A stretch of 64,000 bases of DNA. Origin: Actinomycetota bacterium. Its GTDB lineage: Bacteria; Actinomycetota; Acidimicrobiia; Acidimicrobiales; MedAcidi-G1. A program made the position numbers and the translations under genes. The DNA is taken from the NCBI GenBank assembly GCA_014381745.1, contig JACNLA010000026.1, positions 13,069-77,068 on the forward strand. The letters run 5' to 3'. Of this stretch, positions 30,202-39,565 are shown one piece after another (positions within the stretch are counted from its first letter, which is position 1; every line of letters begins with the position of its first letter). The notes under the pieces are model-generated. The model was not told where the DNA came from. It saw only the letters and a program-made list of their open reading frames with translations, and made no database searches.

Positions 30202-31298
30202 TGAGACCCACCTGGGCCGACATCGACCTTGAGGCGATCGCCCACAACGTCGGGGTGTTCAGGGGCCTGGTTGGCGACAGCGACCTGTGTGCCGTCGTCA
30301 AGGCCGGCGCCTACGGCCATGGAACAGCGGAGGTGGGTAGAGCCGCTGTCGGTGCGGGTGCGACATGGCTGGGCGTGGCCCTGGTCGATGAGGCGGCCCA
30401 GCTCCGGTCGGCCGGCATCACCGTCCCGATCATCGTCCTCTCCGAGCCGAGACCATCTGAGATGGCCGGGTTGGCCACGCTCGACGGGGTCAGGCCGACC
30501 GTGTATTCCCACGCCGGAATAGTCGCCTTCGCATCTGCTGCACCCGCCGGTTCACCGGTCCACCTCAAGGTCGACACGGGGATGAACCGGGTGGGTGCCG
30601 AGCCGTCCGATGCGATTGGACTGGCCCAAGTGATCGCTGGTTCGGGGCTTGTTCTCGAGGGCCTCTTCACGCACTTCGCCTCGGCAGACCAGCCGGGTGA
30701 CGGGTTCACCGAAGTGCAGGTTCGTGCGTTTGACGACGTGTTGGCGGAGCTCTCTGCCACCGGCATGAAACCGCCCGTCGTTCACATGGCGAACACGGGA
30801 GCGACCCTTACCCGACCGGACAGCCACAGGTCGATGGTCAGGGTCGGCATCGGCCTCTACGGCGTTGAACCCTCGACGGCCCTGCAGGGTCGGTGCGGCG
30901 AGCTTGGTCTACGTCAGTCCATGCGCCTGCGCAGTGAGGTTGCCCACCTCCACGAGGTTGGTGGCGGCGGTGGCGTGTCTTACGGCCACAGGTGGGTGGC
31001 TGATGCCCCGACAAGGCTTGCCACATTGCCGATCGGGTACGCGGACGGTCTCACCAGAGCCTGGTGGGAGCATGGGCAGGTGCTGATCGGCGGAAGGCGT
31101 AGGTCTGTCCGCGGGGTCATAACAATGGACCAGACGGTCGTGGAGGTAGACGAGTCGGTCGCCGTGGGCGACGAGGCCGTGATCCTTGGTTCTCAGGGTG
31201 ACGGGTTTGTGGGAGCCGGCGAGATGGCGGATGCAACCGGCACCATCGGCTACGAGGTACTGGCCACCGTCGGCGCACGGGTGCCCCGAAGGTACTGA
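30201..31298 (+). CDS. alr: Alanine racemase
   Basis: MRPTWADIDLEAIAHNV...CAVVKAGAYGHG contains the PLP lysine motif. PIGYADG is also present. 365 aa. Confidence 0.92.
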   Translation: MRPTWADIDLEAIAHNVGVFRGLVGDSDLCAVVKAGAYGHGTAEVGRAAVGAGATWLGVALVDEAAQLRSAGITVPIIVLSEPRPSEMAGLATLDGVRPTVYSHAGIVAFASAAPAGSPVHLKVDTGMNRVGAEPSDAIGLAQVIAGSGLVLEGLFTHFASADQPGDGFTEVQVRAFDDVLAELSATGMKPPVVHMANTGATLTRPDSHRSMVRVGIGLYGVEPSTALQGRCGELGLRQSMRLRSEVAHLHEVGGGGGVSYGHRWVADAPTRLATLPIGYADGLTRAWWEHGQVLIGGRRRSVRGVITMDQTVVEVDESVAVGDEAVILGSQGDGFVGAGEMADATGTIGYEVLATVGARVPRRY

Positions 31299-31318
31299 GC
31301 AGGATCGGGAGCAGACCT

Positions 31319-32434
31319 GTGAGCCGTGTCCTCCTTGTCGAGCCCTTCTACAGCGGGTCGCATGCCTCCTGGGCTGACGGGTTGGCTGGACACAGCCGTC
31401 ACGACGTTGTCACCATCACCCACCCGGGCGCCTTTTGGAGGTGGCGGATGCGGGGTTCGTCACTGACGCTGGCAGCCGAGGCGAAGCTGGCCGTGGAGCG
31501 GCACGGCACGCCCGATGTCGTCATGGTGAGCGGCATGATCGACCTGGCGGCATGGCTGGGGTTCAGCCGGCGCTTTCTGGGTGACCCACCGGTGGTCCTC
31601 TACCTCCACGAGAACCAGCTGCTGTACCCGCCGGCCCCGAACCAGCGCGCAGATGACTCGTTGCCGCTACTCAACTGGCTGGGAATGGCGGTGGCCGATG
31701 AGGTCTGGTTCAACTCCGCATTTCAGCGTGACGGCCTGCTCGAGGCCCTGCCTGACCTCCTGGGGCGTTTCCCGGATGAGCTCCACACCCCGTGGCTGGA
31801 TGAGGTCGCTTCGACCTGTCAGGTCGTACCCGTGGGCGTCTGCCTCGAGGACGTACCGGTACGAGTTTCAGATTCCATCCACCCGGAGGTGCCTACGGTT
31901 CTGTGGAACCAGCGATGGGATCATGACAAGAATCCCGGAGCCGTTATGGCGGCTCTACTGAAGTTGGCCGGCGAAGGCCTCGACTTCAAGGTGGCTGTGG
32001 CCGGCGAGAACACACGTGTCGATCCGAGGGAGATGACCGAGGCCAGAGACCAGTTGGGTGACCGGGTGGTTCAGTTCGGACACCTCCCGAGGCCGGAGTA
32101 CGTGGACCTGTTGGGGGTCAGCGACGTGGTGGTGAGTGCAGCCCACCACGAGTTCTTCGGAATAGCCGTGGTTGAAGCCATGGCGGCCGGCGCGGTGCCT
32201 GTGCTCCCGACAAGGCAGAGCTACCCGGAACTGGTGCCCGACCAGTTCCACGGGGCGGCGCTGTATCCCGATGGAGGCCTCACCGGTCGCCTGAGGGACG
32301 TCCTCGGCGATCTCTCCGCGTGGAGGGAACGGGTTGCCGGGTTGGATGTGGCAATGCGTCGCTTCGACTGGCGACAGGTGGTCGACGACTATGACGACCG
32401 CATCGATGCGCTGGTGGCTCGGACCTGCAACTAG
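31319..32434 (+). CDS. DUF3524 + GT4 glycosyltransferase, homolog of eukaryotic GTDC1 (tRNA-queuosine alpha-mannosyltransferase family)
   Basis: GTG 31319, 371 aa. The blocks VLLVEPFYSGSH, LYLHENQLLYP, VWFNSAFQ, LWNQRWDHDKNP, HHEFFGIAVVEAMAAG and YPELVP match, from memory, the conserved blocks of GTDC1/DUF3524 proteins. Confidence 0.7.
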   Translation: MSRVLLVEPFYSGSHASWADGLAGHSRHDVVTITHPGAFWRWRMRGSSLTLAAEAKLAVERHGTPDVVMVSGMIDLAAWLGFSRRFLGDPPVVLYLHENQLLYPPAPNQRADDSLPLLNWLGMAVADEVWFNSAFQRDGLLEALPDLLGRFPDELHTPWLDEVASTCQVVPVGVCLEDVPVRVSDSIHPEVPTVLWNQRWDHDKNPGAVMAALLKLAGEGLDFKVAVAGENTRVDPREMTEARDQLGDRVVQFGHLPRPEYVDLLGVSDVVVSAAHHEFFGIAVVEAMAAGAVPVLPTRQSYPELVPDQFHGAALYPDGGLTGRLRDVLGDLSAWRERVAGLDVAMRRFDWRQVVDDYDDRIDALVARTCN

Positions 32435-32444
32435 CGTCGGTGGT

Positions 32445-33332
32445 GTGAAGTTCCCTATCGACGGTGTGAGGGTGGGCCACTGGACGGACATGGCTGCGGC
32501 CACCGGCTGCACCGTCGTCTTGTTGCCCGAGGGGACAGTCGCGTCCGGCGAGGTCCGTGGGGGAGCGCCGGCCACACGAGAGTTCGACATGCTGGCTCCG
32601 GAGCGGAGCGTGAGCCGGCTGGATGCGGTGGTGATCTCGGGCGGATCGGCGTTCGGCCTGGCCGCTGCCGACGGAGTAGTCGTCCACCTTGAGGAGCAGG
32701 GCATCGGCTTTCCCACCCCTGCCGGCCCCGTGCCGATCGTGGTCGGGATGTCCCTCTTCGACCTCATGGAGGGCGATGGGTCCGTACGGCCTGGTGCGTC
32801 CGAGGGTCGTCTGGCGGCTGAAGCCGCCGTTTCCGATGGCGTGGCGACCGGTCGGGTGGGAGCCGGCACAGGTGCCACGGTCGGAACGTGGCGTGGCAGA
32901 TCCAACGCCTCACCCGGGGGCCTTGGCATCGCGTCGGCTCGACGGGGTGGGTTGGTCATGGCTGCGATCATGGCGGTCAACGCAGCAGGTGATGTAGATG
33001 ACGAATCGGTAGCTAAGGCAGTCGCTGACGGCACCTTCGACGCTTGGCCGGAGGCGACAGGTGAAGGACCGTTGGCCGATGGCGGTCGCGGCAATACGAC
33101 CATCGGCATGGTCGTAACGAACGGGGCCGTCGACAAGGCCGGCTGCCTGCTGTTGGCACAGTCAGCCCACGATGGTCTTGCCAGGGCGATCTTTCCGCCT
33201 CACACGAGGTCTGATGGCGACGCTGTTGTCGCATCTGCCACCGGCGAAGTTCCTGTCGGGGGGCGTGACCTTGATGTGTTGAGGGTTCTCACAGTTGCTG
33301 TTGTGGAGCAGGCGATACGGAACGCCTGCTGA
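32445..33332 (+). CDS. P1 family peptidase (DmpA/S58 L-aminopeptidase-like Ntn hydrolase)
   Basis: GTG 32445 is in frame inside ORF 32334..33332, 10 nt after the upstream stop. Blocks are IDGVRVGHWTD, GCTVVLLPEG, GGAPATRE, the processing-site-like GNTTIGMVVTNG, and PPHTRSDGD. 295 aa. The start is uncertain. Confidence 0.7.
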   Translation: MKFPIDGVRVGHWTDMAAATGCTVVLLPEGTVASGEVRGGAPATREFDMLAPERSVSRLDAVVISGGSAFGLAAADGVVVHLEEQGIGFPTPAGPVPIVVGMSLFDLMEGDGSVRPGASEGRLAAEAAVSDGVATGRVGAGTGATVGTWRGRSNASPGGLGIASARRGGLVMAAIMAVNAAGDVDDESVAKAVADGTFDAWPEATGEGPLADGGRGNTTIGMVVTNGAVDKAGCLLLAQSAHDGLARAIFPPHTRSDGDAVVASATGEVPVGGRDLDVLRVLTVAVVEQAIRNAC

Positions 33333-33379
33333 GCCGGCTTGCACCGGGGCTGGACAACCCGGCTCTGTACGCTTCAGGT

Positions 33380-33940
33380 GTGTCGACCACCCTGGAACTG
33401 ATGGCTGTGGAAGCCGATTCCTGCACCCTGTGCGGCCTCGCAGCCGACCGCAGCAGCGTGGTCTTTGGTGCAGGTCACCCCGAGGCTGACCTCATGTTCG
33501 TCGGTGAGGGGCCGGGTGCAGAAGAGAACCGCCTGGGCATTCCGTTTGTCGGTAGGTCTGGAAAGCTGCTGGACCGGCTGCTCGACGAGGAACTGGGCAT
33601 CGACAGGGGCAGCTGTTACATCACCAACGTCGTCAAGTGTCGTCCCCCCGACAACCGCGACCCCAGACCCGATGAGATTGCAGCCTGCCGCCCGTACCTG
33701 GAACGCCAGATCCTTGCCGTCAACCCGTCGGTCGTGGTGACCCTCGGAAATTTCTCGAGCAGGCTTCTTCTTGAGACCGACACAGGTATTACGAAGTTGA
33801 GGGGTCAGGCGTACCCGTATGGCGATCGCCAACTGGTTCCCACCTTTCACCCGGCTGCGGCTCTACGGGGTGGCGCCAACGTCCTGGCAGGAATGCGGTC
33901 AGATCTGGCACAGGCCAAGATGCTCATGGGGCAGGCATGA
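33380..33940 (+). CDS. Uracil-DNA glycosylase, family 4
   Basis: CTLCGL...VVFGAGHPEADLMFVGEGPGAEENRLGIPFVGRSGKLLD...ITNVVKCRPPDNRDP...HPAA are the family-4 UDG motifs. 186 aa. Confidence 0.88.
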   Translation: MSTTLELMAVEADSCTLCGLAADRSSVVFGAGHPEADLMFVGEGPGAEENRLGIPFVGRSGKLLDRLLDEELGIDRGSCYITNVVKCRPPDNRDPRPDEIAACRPYLERQILAVNPSVVVTLGNFSSRLLLETDTGITKLRGQAYPYGDRQLVPTFHPAAALRGGANVLAGMRSDLAQAKMLMGQA

Positions 33941-34440
33941 CGTCGGTTGTGTCCATTTCAACGTGCTCAGCGGAGCAGACCATTGCTGCAGCCGGCGCCC
34001 TGGCCGGCGCTGTCCGACCCGGAGACCTGATCGTCCTGTGTGGGGATCTGGGTGCCGGAAAGACGGCGTTCACCCAGGGGCTGGGTCGTGCTCTCGGCGT
34101 CACCACCCCGATCACCTCTCCCACGTTCACCCTCGCCAACCGCTATGAGGGAGACCTGGTGGTCAACCACCTTGATGTCTACCGTCTGGCCCATATCGAC
34201 GAGGTCAGGGACCTTGGGCTGCACGAGCTGCTGGATGACAAGTCGGTGACGGTCATCGAGTGGGGTGACGCCATCGCAGGTGTGCTTCCGGGCGGCTACC
34301 TGGAGGTTCGGATCACCCTCGGTGACGGATCTGACGACCGGGTTCTGGAGTTTCGGACGGTCGGCGAGGAGTGGACCGACCGTGAGGCGGCACTGTCGAA
34401 CATGGCAGGTCCTGCATCTGACGGGGGTGGGACATGTTGA
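33937..34440 (+). CDS. tsaE: tRNA t6A37 biosynthesis ATPase TsaE
   Basis: Walker A LCGDLGAGKTAFTQGL followed by SPTFTL and LDVYRL. 167 aa. The start overlaps the UDG stop (ATGA). Confidence 0.9.
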   Translation: MTSVVSISTCSAEQTIAAAGALAGAVRPGDLIVLCGDLGAGKTAFTQGLGRALGVTTPITSPTFTLANRYEGDLVVNHLDVYRLAHIDEVRDLGLHELLDDKSVTVIEWGDAIAGVLPGGYLEVRITLGDGSDDRVLEFRTVGEEWTDREAALSNMAGPASDGGGTC

Positions 34441-35135
34441 TCCTGGCGATCGAGAGTGCCAGCGGTCAGGTTGGTTGTGCTGTCGGGGGTCACGAGGGGG
34501 TGCTGGCGTCTGCCCATGCCGGAGGGGGCCGCCGCCATGCCGAGGCACTTGGCCCCCAGATCGACTTTGTGCGGCGTCAGGCCGGCATCCAGCTCTCCGA
34601 CCTTGGTGCGGTGGCCGTCGATGTCGGCCCTGGTCTGTTCACCGGCCTGAGGGTCGGCATTGTCGCCGGTGTGGCCATGGCGTACGCGCTCGGCGTTCCG
34701 ATGATCGGGGTATCCAGCCTCGATCTTCTGGCCTTTCCGGCCCGCTGGACCAGTCGGCTCATCGTGTCGGCGCTAGATGCACGCCGGGGTGAGCTGTTCG
34801 TGGCGATGTTCCGCAGGGTTCCCGGTGGGATCCAGCGGGTGGTTGATCCGCGTGTCTGTAGCCCAGATGATCTTGTCTCCGAGCTGGAGGCCCAGGAGGA
34901 GAGGTCCCTGCTGGTAGGCGACGGTGCCCTCCGCTACCAGGAGCTGTTCAACGGAATCAGGGGGGTGGAGTTGGCTGAGCAGGGGCTCGCCAACCCCAGT
35001 GCCAGGGCTCTTGTCCAGCTGGCTCACTCGCGGGCAATGCGCGAGGAGTTCGTACAGCCGTGGGAACTCGAGCCTGTCTACCTGAGGCGTCCCGATGCTG
35101 AAATCAACTGGTCCACGAGGGAGGGCGGGGCGTGA
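34434..35135 (+). CDS. tsaB: tRNA t6A37 biosynthesis protein TsaB
   Basis: MLILAIESASGQVGCAV... and GPGLFTGLRVG. 233 aa. It sits between tsaE and rimI. Confidence 0.88.
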   Translation: MLILAIESASGQVGCAVGGHEGVLASAHAGGGRRHAEALGPQIDFVRRQAGIQLSDLGAVAVDVGPGLFTGLRVGIVAGVAMAYALGVPMIGVSSLDLLAFPARWTSRLIVSALDARRGELFVAMFRRVPGGIQRVVDPRVCSPDDLVSELEAQEERSLLVGDGALRYQELFNGIRGVELAEQGLANPSARALVQLAHSRAMREEFVQPWELEPVYLRRPDAEINWSTREGGA

Positions 35136-35674
35136 GCATCGTTGCGGCCGGTAGTCCCGCGCTGGTACGGCCGATGGTCGGCGACGACCTCGATGCGGTG
35201 TCGTCGATCGACGAGATGGTCTTCGTGAAGCCCTGGTCGACGGATTACCTTCGTGATCAGGTCATTGGAGCCGAGGGAAGGTTTCATGTGGTGGCCGAGG
35301 CCGGCGGTGACGTGGTCGGGCATGCCGGCCTGATCGTCGTGGCCGATGAGGGCCACGTGGCGACCGTTGCCGTGCACCCATCGTGTCAGGGCTCCGGTGT
35401 CGGATCGCTGCTTCTTGGCGAACTCTGTCGCAGGGCGGTGGGTCTGGGGCTTGTGGCACTGACGCTCGAGGTGAGGGTCTCCAACTTGGCGGCCAGAGGC
35501 CTTTACGGGCGTTTCGGGTTTGCCCCGTCCGGGGTCCGGCCCGCCTACTACTCCGATAACTCTGAGGATGCGCTTGTCATGTGGGCACACGACATTGCTG
35601 ATCCGTCGTTCATGGAGCGGGTTGACGCCGCCAGTGGGCTGGCCCGTGTTGCCGGTGGTTGTGACGATGTCTGA
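35132..35674 (+). CDS. rimI: Ribosomal-protein-alanine N-acetyltransferase (GNAT)
   Basis: The GNAT core VAVHPSCQGSGVGSLLLGEL...LEVRVSNLAARGLYGRFGF. 180 aa. It sits in the tsaB-rimI-tsaD arrangement. Confidence 0.85.
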   Translation: MSIVAAGSPALVRPMVGDDLDAVSSIDEMVFVKPWSTDYLRDQVIGAEGRFHVVAEAGGDVVGHAGLIVVADEGHVATVAVHPSCQGSGVGSLLLGELCRRAVGLGLVALTLEVRVSNLAARGLYGRFGFAPSGVRPAYYSDNSEDALVMWAHDIADPSFMERVDAASGLARVAGGCDDV

Positions 35675-36698
35675 GCTGATTCTTGCCATCGAGACCTCGT
35701 GTGACGAGACCGCCGCCTCGGTCGTCGAGGGGGCGAAGGTCGTGCGCTCATCGGTGGTCAGCAGCCAGGTGGACCAGCACGCCCGATTCGGTGGGGTGGT
35801 TCCCGAAATCGCCAGCCGGGCACACGTCGAATTGCTGGTGCCCGTGGTGGCTGAGGCCATGGTCGCCGCAGGCGTTGAGGGCCGTGACCTTGCTGCAGTT
35901 GCCGCAACCAGCGGTCCCGGGCTGGTCGGCTCGCTGCTGGTAGGGGTGAGTGCGGCCAAGGCGCTGTCGTTGTCGTGGGACGTCCCGTTCGTGGCGGTCA
36001 ACCACCTGGAGGCCCACCTCTATGCATCCCTCCTGGAGGAACCTGACCTGGAGATGCCGATGGTGGTGCTGCTGGTCTCGGGGGGCCACACGATGCTCGT
36101 CGTAATGGAGGACCACGGTCAGTACCGGTTGCTCGGTTCCACGCTCGATGATGCCGCCGGTGAGGCCTTTGACAAGGTGGCCCGGTACCTGGGTCTGGGC
36201 TATCCCGGCGGTCCAGCAGTGGATGCCCTCGCCGAGAGCGGTGACATGTCGGCCTACGCCTATCCGAGGTCGCTTGTACAGGAGAACCGCGCGACGCTCC
36301 CGGACGATCGCCGTTATGCGTTCTCCTTCAGCGGACTCAAGACCGCAGTGGTCAACCATCTCCGGTCCGATCCGGATGCACCCACCGCCGACGTGGTGGC
36401 CTCGTTCCAGGAGGCGGTGGTCGACGCCCTCGTGACCAAGGCCCGTTGGGCAATCGAGGACACGGGGGTCCGGGCCGCATGTCTGGGTGGGGGTGTGGCC
36501 GCCAACTCGCGTCTGAGGCAGAGGTTCGCGGACATGTGTGAGGGTGCCGGGGTCCGCGCCTTCCTCCCCCCGCCGGCGATGTGCACGGACAATGCGGCGA
36601 TGGTTGCGGCTGCGGCCTGGTGGCAGTTCCGGCGCGAGGGTTCGAGTCCACTCGACACAGGAGCCGATCCGAACCAGGGACTCAACCTGATCTCCTAG
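35667..36698 (+). CDS. tsaD: tRNA N6-adenosine threonylcarbamoyltransferase TsaD
   Basis: ATG 35667 is in frame inside ORF 35520..36698. MSELILAIETSCDETAASVV..., HLEAHLYA, GGVAANSRLR. 343 aa. Confidence 0.93.
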   Translation: MSELILAIETSCDETAASVVEGAKVVRSSVVSSQVDQHARFGGVVPEIASRAHVELLVPVVAEAMVAAGVEGRDLAAVAATSGPGLVGSLLVGVSAAKALSLSWDVPFVAVNHLEAHLYASLLEEPDLEMPMVVLLVSGGHTMLVVMEDHGQYRLLGSTLDDAAGEAFDKVARYLGLGYPGGPAVDALAESGDMSAYAYPRSLVQENRATLPDDRRYAFSFSGLKTAVVNHLRSDPDAPTADVVASFQEAVVDALVTKARWAIEDTGVRAACLGGGVAANSRLRQRFADMCEGAGVRAFLPPPAMCTDNAAMVAAAAWWQFRREGSSPLDTGADPNQGLNLIS

Positions 36699-36738
36699 GC
36701 GGGGCTGCGCCTACTCCCGCGAAACAGGGCCCCACACG

Positions 36739-36767
36739 TTGTGCCCCACGGCGCCCACCCCTATCGT
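36739..36767 (+). promoter_or_regulatory. Candidate SigA-type promoter of groES-groEL
   Basis: TTGTGC (36739-36744), 17 nt, TATCGT (36762-36767), immediately abutting the CIRCE element. This is a sequence match only. Confidence 0.4.
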
Positions 36768-36793
36768 TGGCACTCGTCCAAGGAGACTGCTAA
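36767..36793 (+). promoter_or_regulatory. CIRCE operator (HrcA binding site)
   Basis: TTGGCACTC-GTCCAAGGA-GACTGCTAA compared with the consensus TTAGCACTC-N9-GAGTGCTAA has 2 mismatches and the correct 9-nt spacer. It lies 23 nt upstream of the groES ATG. Confidence 0.85.
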
Positions 36794-36815
36794 CCGCCAA
36801 TTGGAGGCGTTTTCT

Positions 36816-37106
36816 ATGAATCTTCAGCCACTTGAGGACCGCATCGTGGTCCGCCCCAGCGATTCCGAGGAGACCACGGCCAGCGGCCTGGTCATTCCCG
36901 ATACAGCCAAGGAGAAGCCCCAGCAGGGCGAGGTCCTGGCCGTCGGTCCCGGTCGTCGTTCCGACCAGAGCGGTGACATCGTCCCGATGGATGTCGCTAC
37001 CGGTGACACCGTCGTCTACAGCAAGTACGGCGGCACAGAGATCGCCGTTGGCGGCGAGGACCTGTTGATCCTCAACGCCCGCGACGTGCTTGCGATCGTC
37101 AAGTAG
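36816..37106 (+). CDS. groES: Co-chaperonin GroES
   Basis: ATG 36816 is preceded by GGAGG (36803-36807). [14 protein letters not shown]...[24 protein letters not shown]. 96 aa. Confidence 0.96.
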   Translation: MNLQPLEDRIVVRPSDSEETTASGLVIPDTAKEKPQQGEVLAVGPGRRSDQSGDIVPMDVATGDTVVYSKYGGTEIAVGGEDLLILNARDVLAIVK

Positions 37107-38774
<1,668 letters not shown>

Positions 38775-38795
38775 CGGTCCCTCAGGACTGTTTGA

Positions 38796-38833
38796 CCGGG
38801 AGCCGGGCCGTAGGGCCCGGCTCCCGGCGTTTT
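38796..38833 (+). terminator. Rho-independent terminator after groEL
   Basis: CCGGGAGCCGGGCC (38796-38809), GTAG loop, GGCCCGGCTCCCGG (38814-38827), then CGTTTTGGG. Confidence 0.8.
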
Positions 38834-38857
38834 GGGCACCACCGGTACCCTCGGTGC

Positions 38858-39556
38858 ATGGAGCCAGCCGTCATGCGTCCAGGCCGCGGGCCTCAGGTGA
38901 TCAAGCGTCCCGAGGGCTGGAGCGCGGGTGGTGCAGCGCCGTGGGTCAACCTTGACGACACGGCACCGACCATTTCTGACATCGCGCTTGCGCTGAACCG
39001 TCACATCCCGCTTGATGTCAATCGCCCCGAGGTGCCAGTGCCGAACCGGACCTCAGCTGTCCTGGTGCCTCTCTACGAGGCGTCTGAGGGAGCGACGGTT
39101 GTGCTTACCCGCCGCTCGCCGGACCTCAGCTCCCACGGCCACGAGGTCAGCTTTCCCGGTGGCGGCCACGATCCCGCCGATGACGACCACTGGGCCACCG
39201 CCCTGCGGGAGGCACAGGAGGAGATCGGGCTGGATCCCACCATGCCGAGGCTCATTGGTGAGCTGGACCGGTGGATGACGGTGGGAAGTGGGAGTTGGAT
39301 CCACCCCTACGTGGCGGAGCTCTCGTCTCCGCCCGACCTGGTTCCCGATCCAGCCGAGGTGGAGTTGATCCTGAGAGTGCCCCTTTCGGCGCTGCTGGGT
39401 GACGGGGTGTTTGCTGAGGAACGCTGGCCGATCGACGGGACCCTACGGACCGTGACCTTCTTCGAGTTGGACGGAGACACCGTCTGGGGGGCCACAGCGG
39501 CGATGCTGCGCCAGCTGCTCTGTCTGGGTCTGGGTGTCGAGGACCTGCAGCAGTAG
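38858..39556 (+). CDS. Nudix hydrolase, CoA pyrophosphatase-like
   Basis: I chose ATG 38858, downstream of the groEL terminator; the ORF track TTG 38792 lies inside the terminator. The Nudix box is FPGGGHDPADDDHWATALREAQEEIGLD, preceded by VVLTRRSPDLSSHGHEVSFPGG, which resembles the CoA-pyrophosphatase signature. 232 aa. Confidence 0.75.
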   Translation: MEPAVMRPGRGPQVIKRPEGWSAGGAAPWVNLDDTAPTISDIALALNRHIPLDVNRPEVPVPNRTSAVLVPLYEASEGATVVLTRRSPDLSSHGHEVSFPGGGHDPADDDHWATALREAQEEIGLDPTMPRLIGELDRWMTVGSGSWIHPYVAELSSPPDLVPDPAEVELILRVPLSALLGDGVFAEERWPIDGTLRTVTFFELDGDTVWGATAAMLRQLLCLGLGVEDLQQ

Positions 39557-39565
39557 GGTCCGGCA

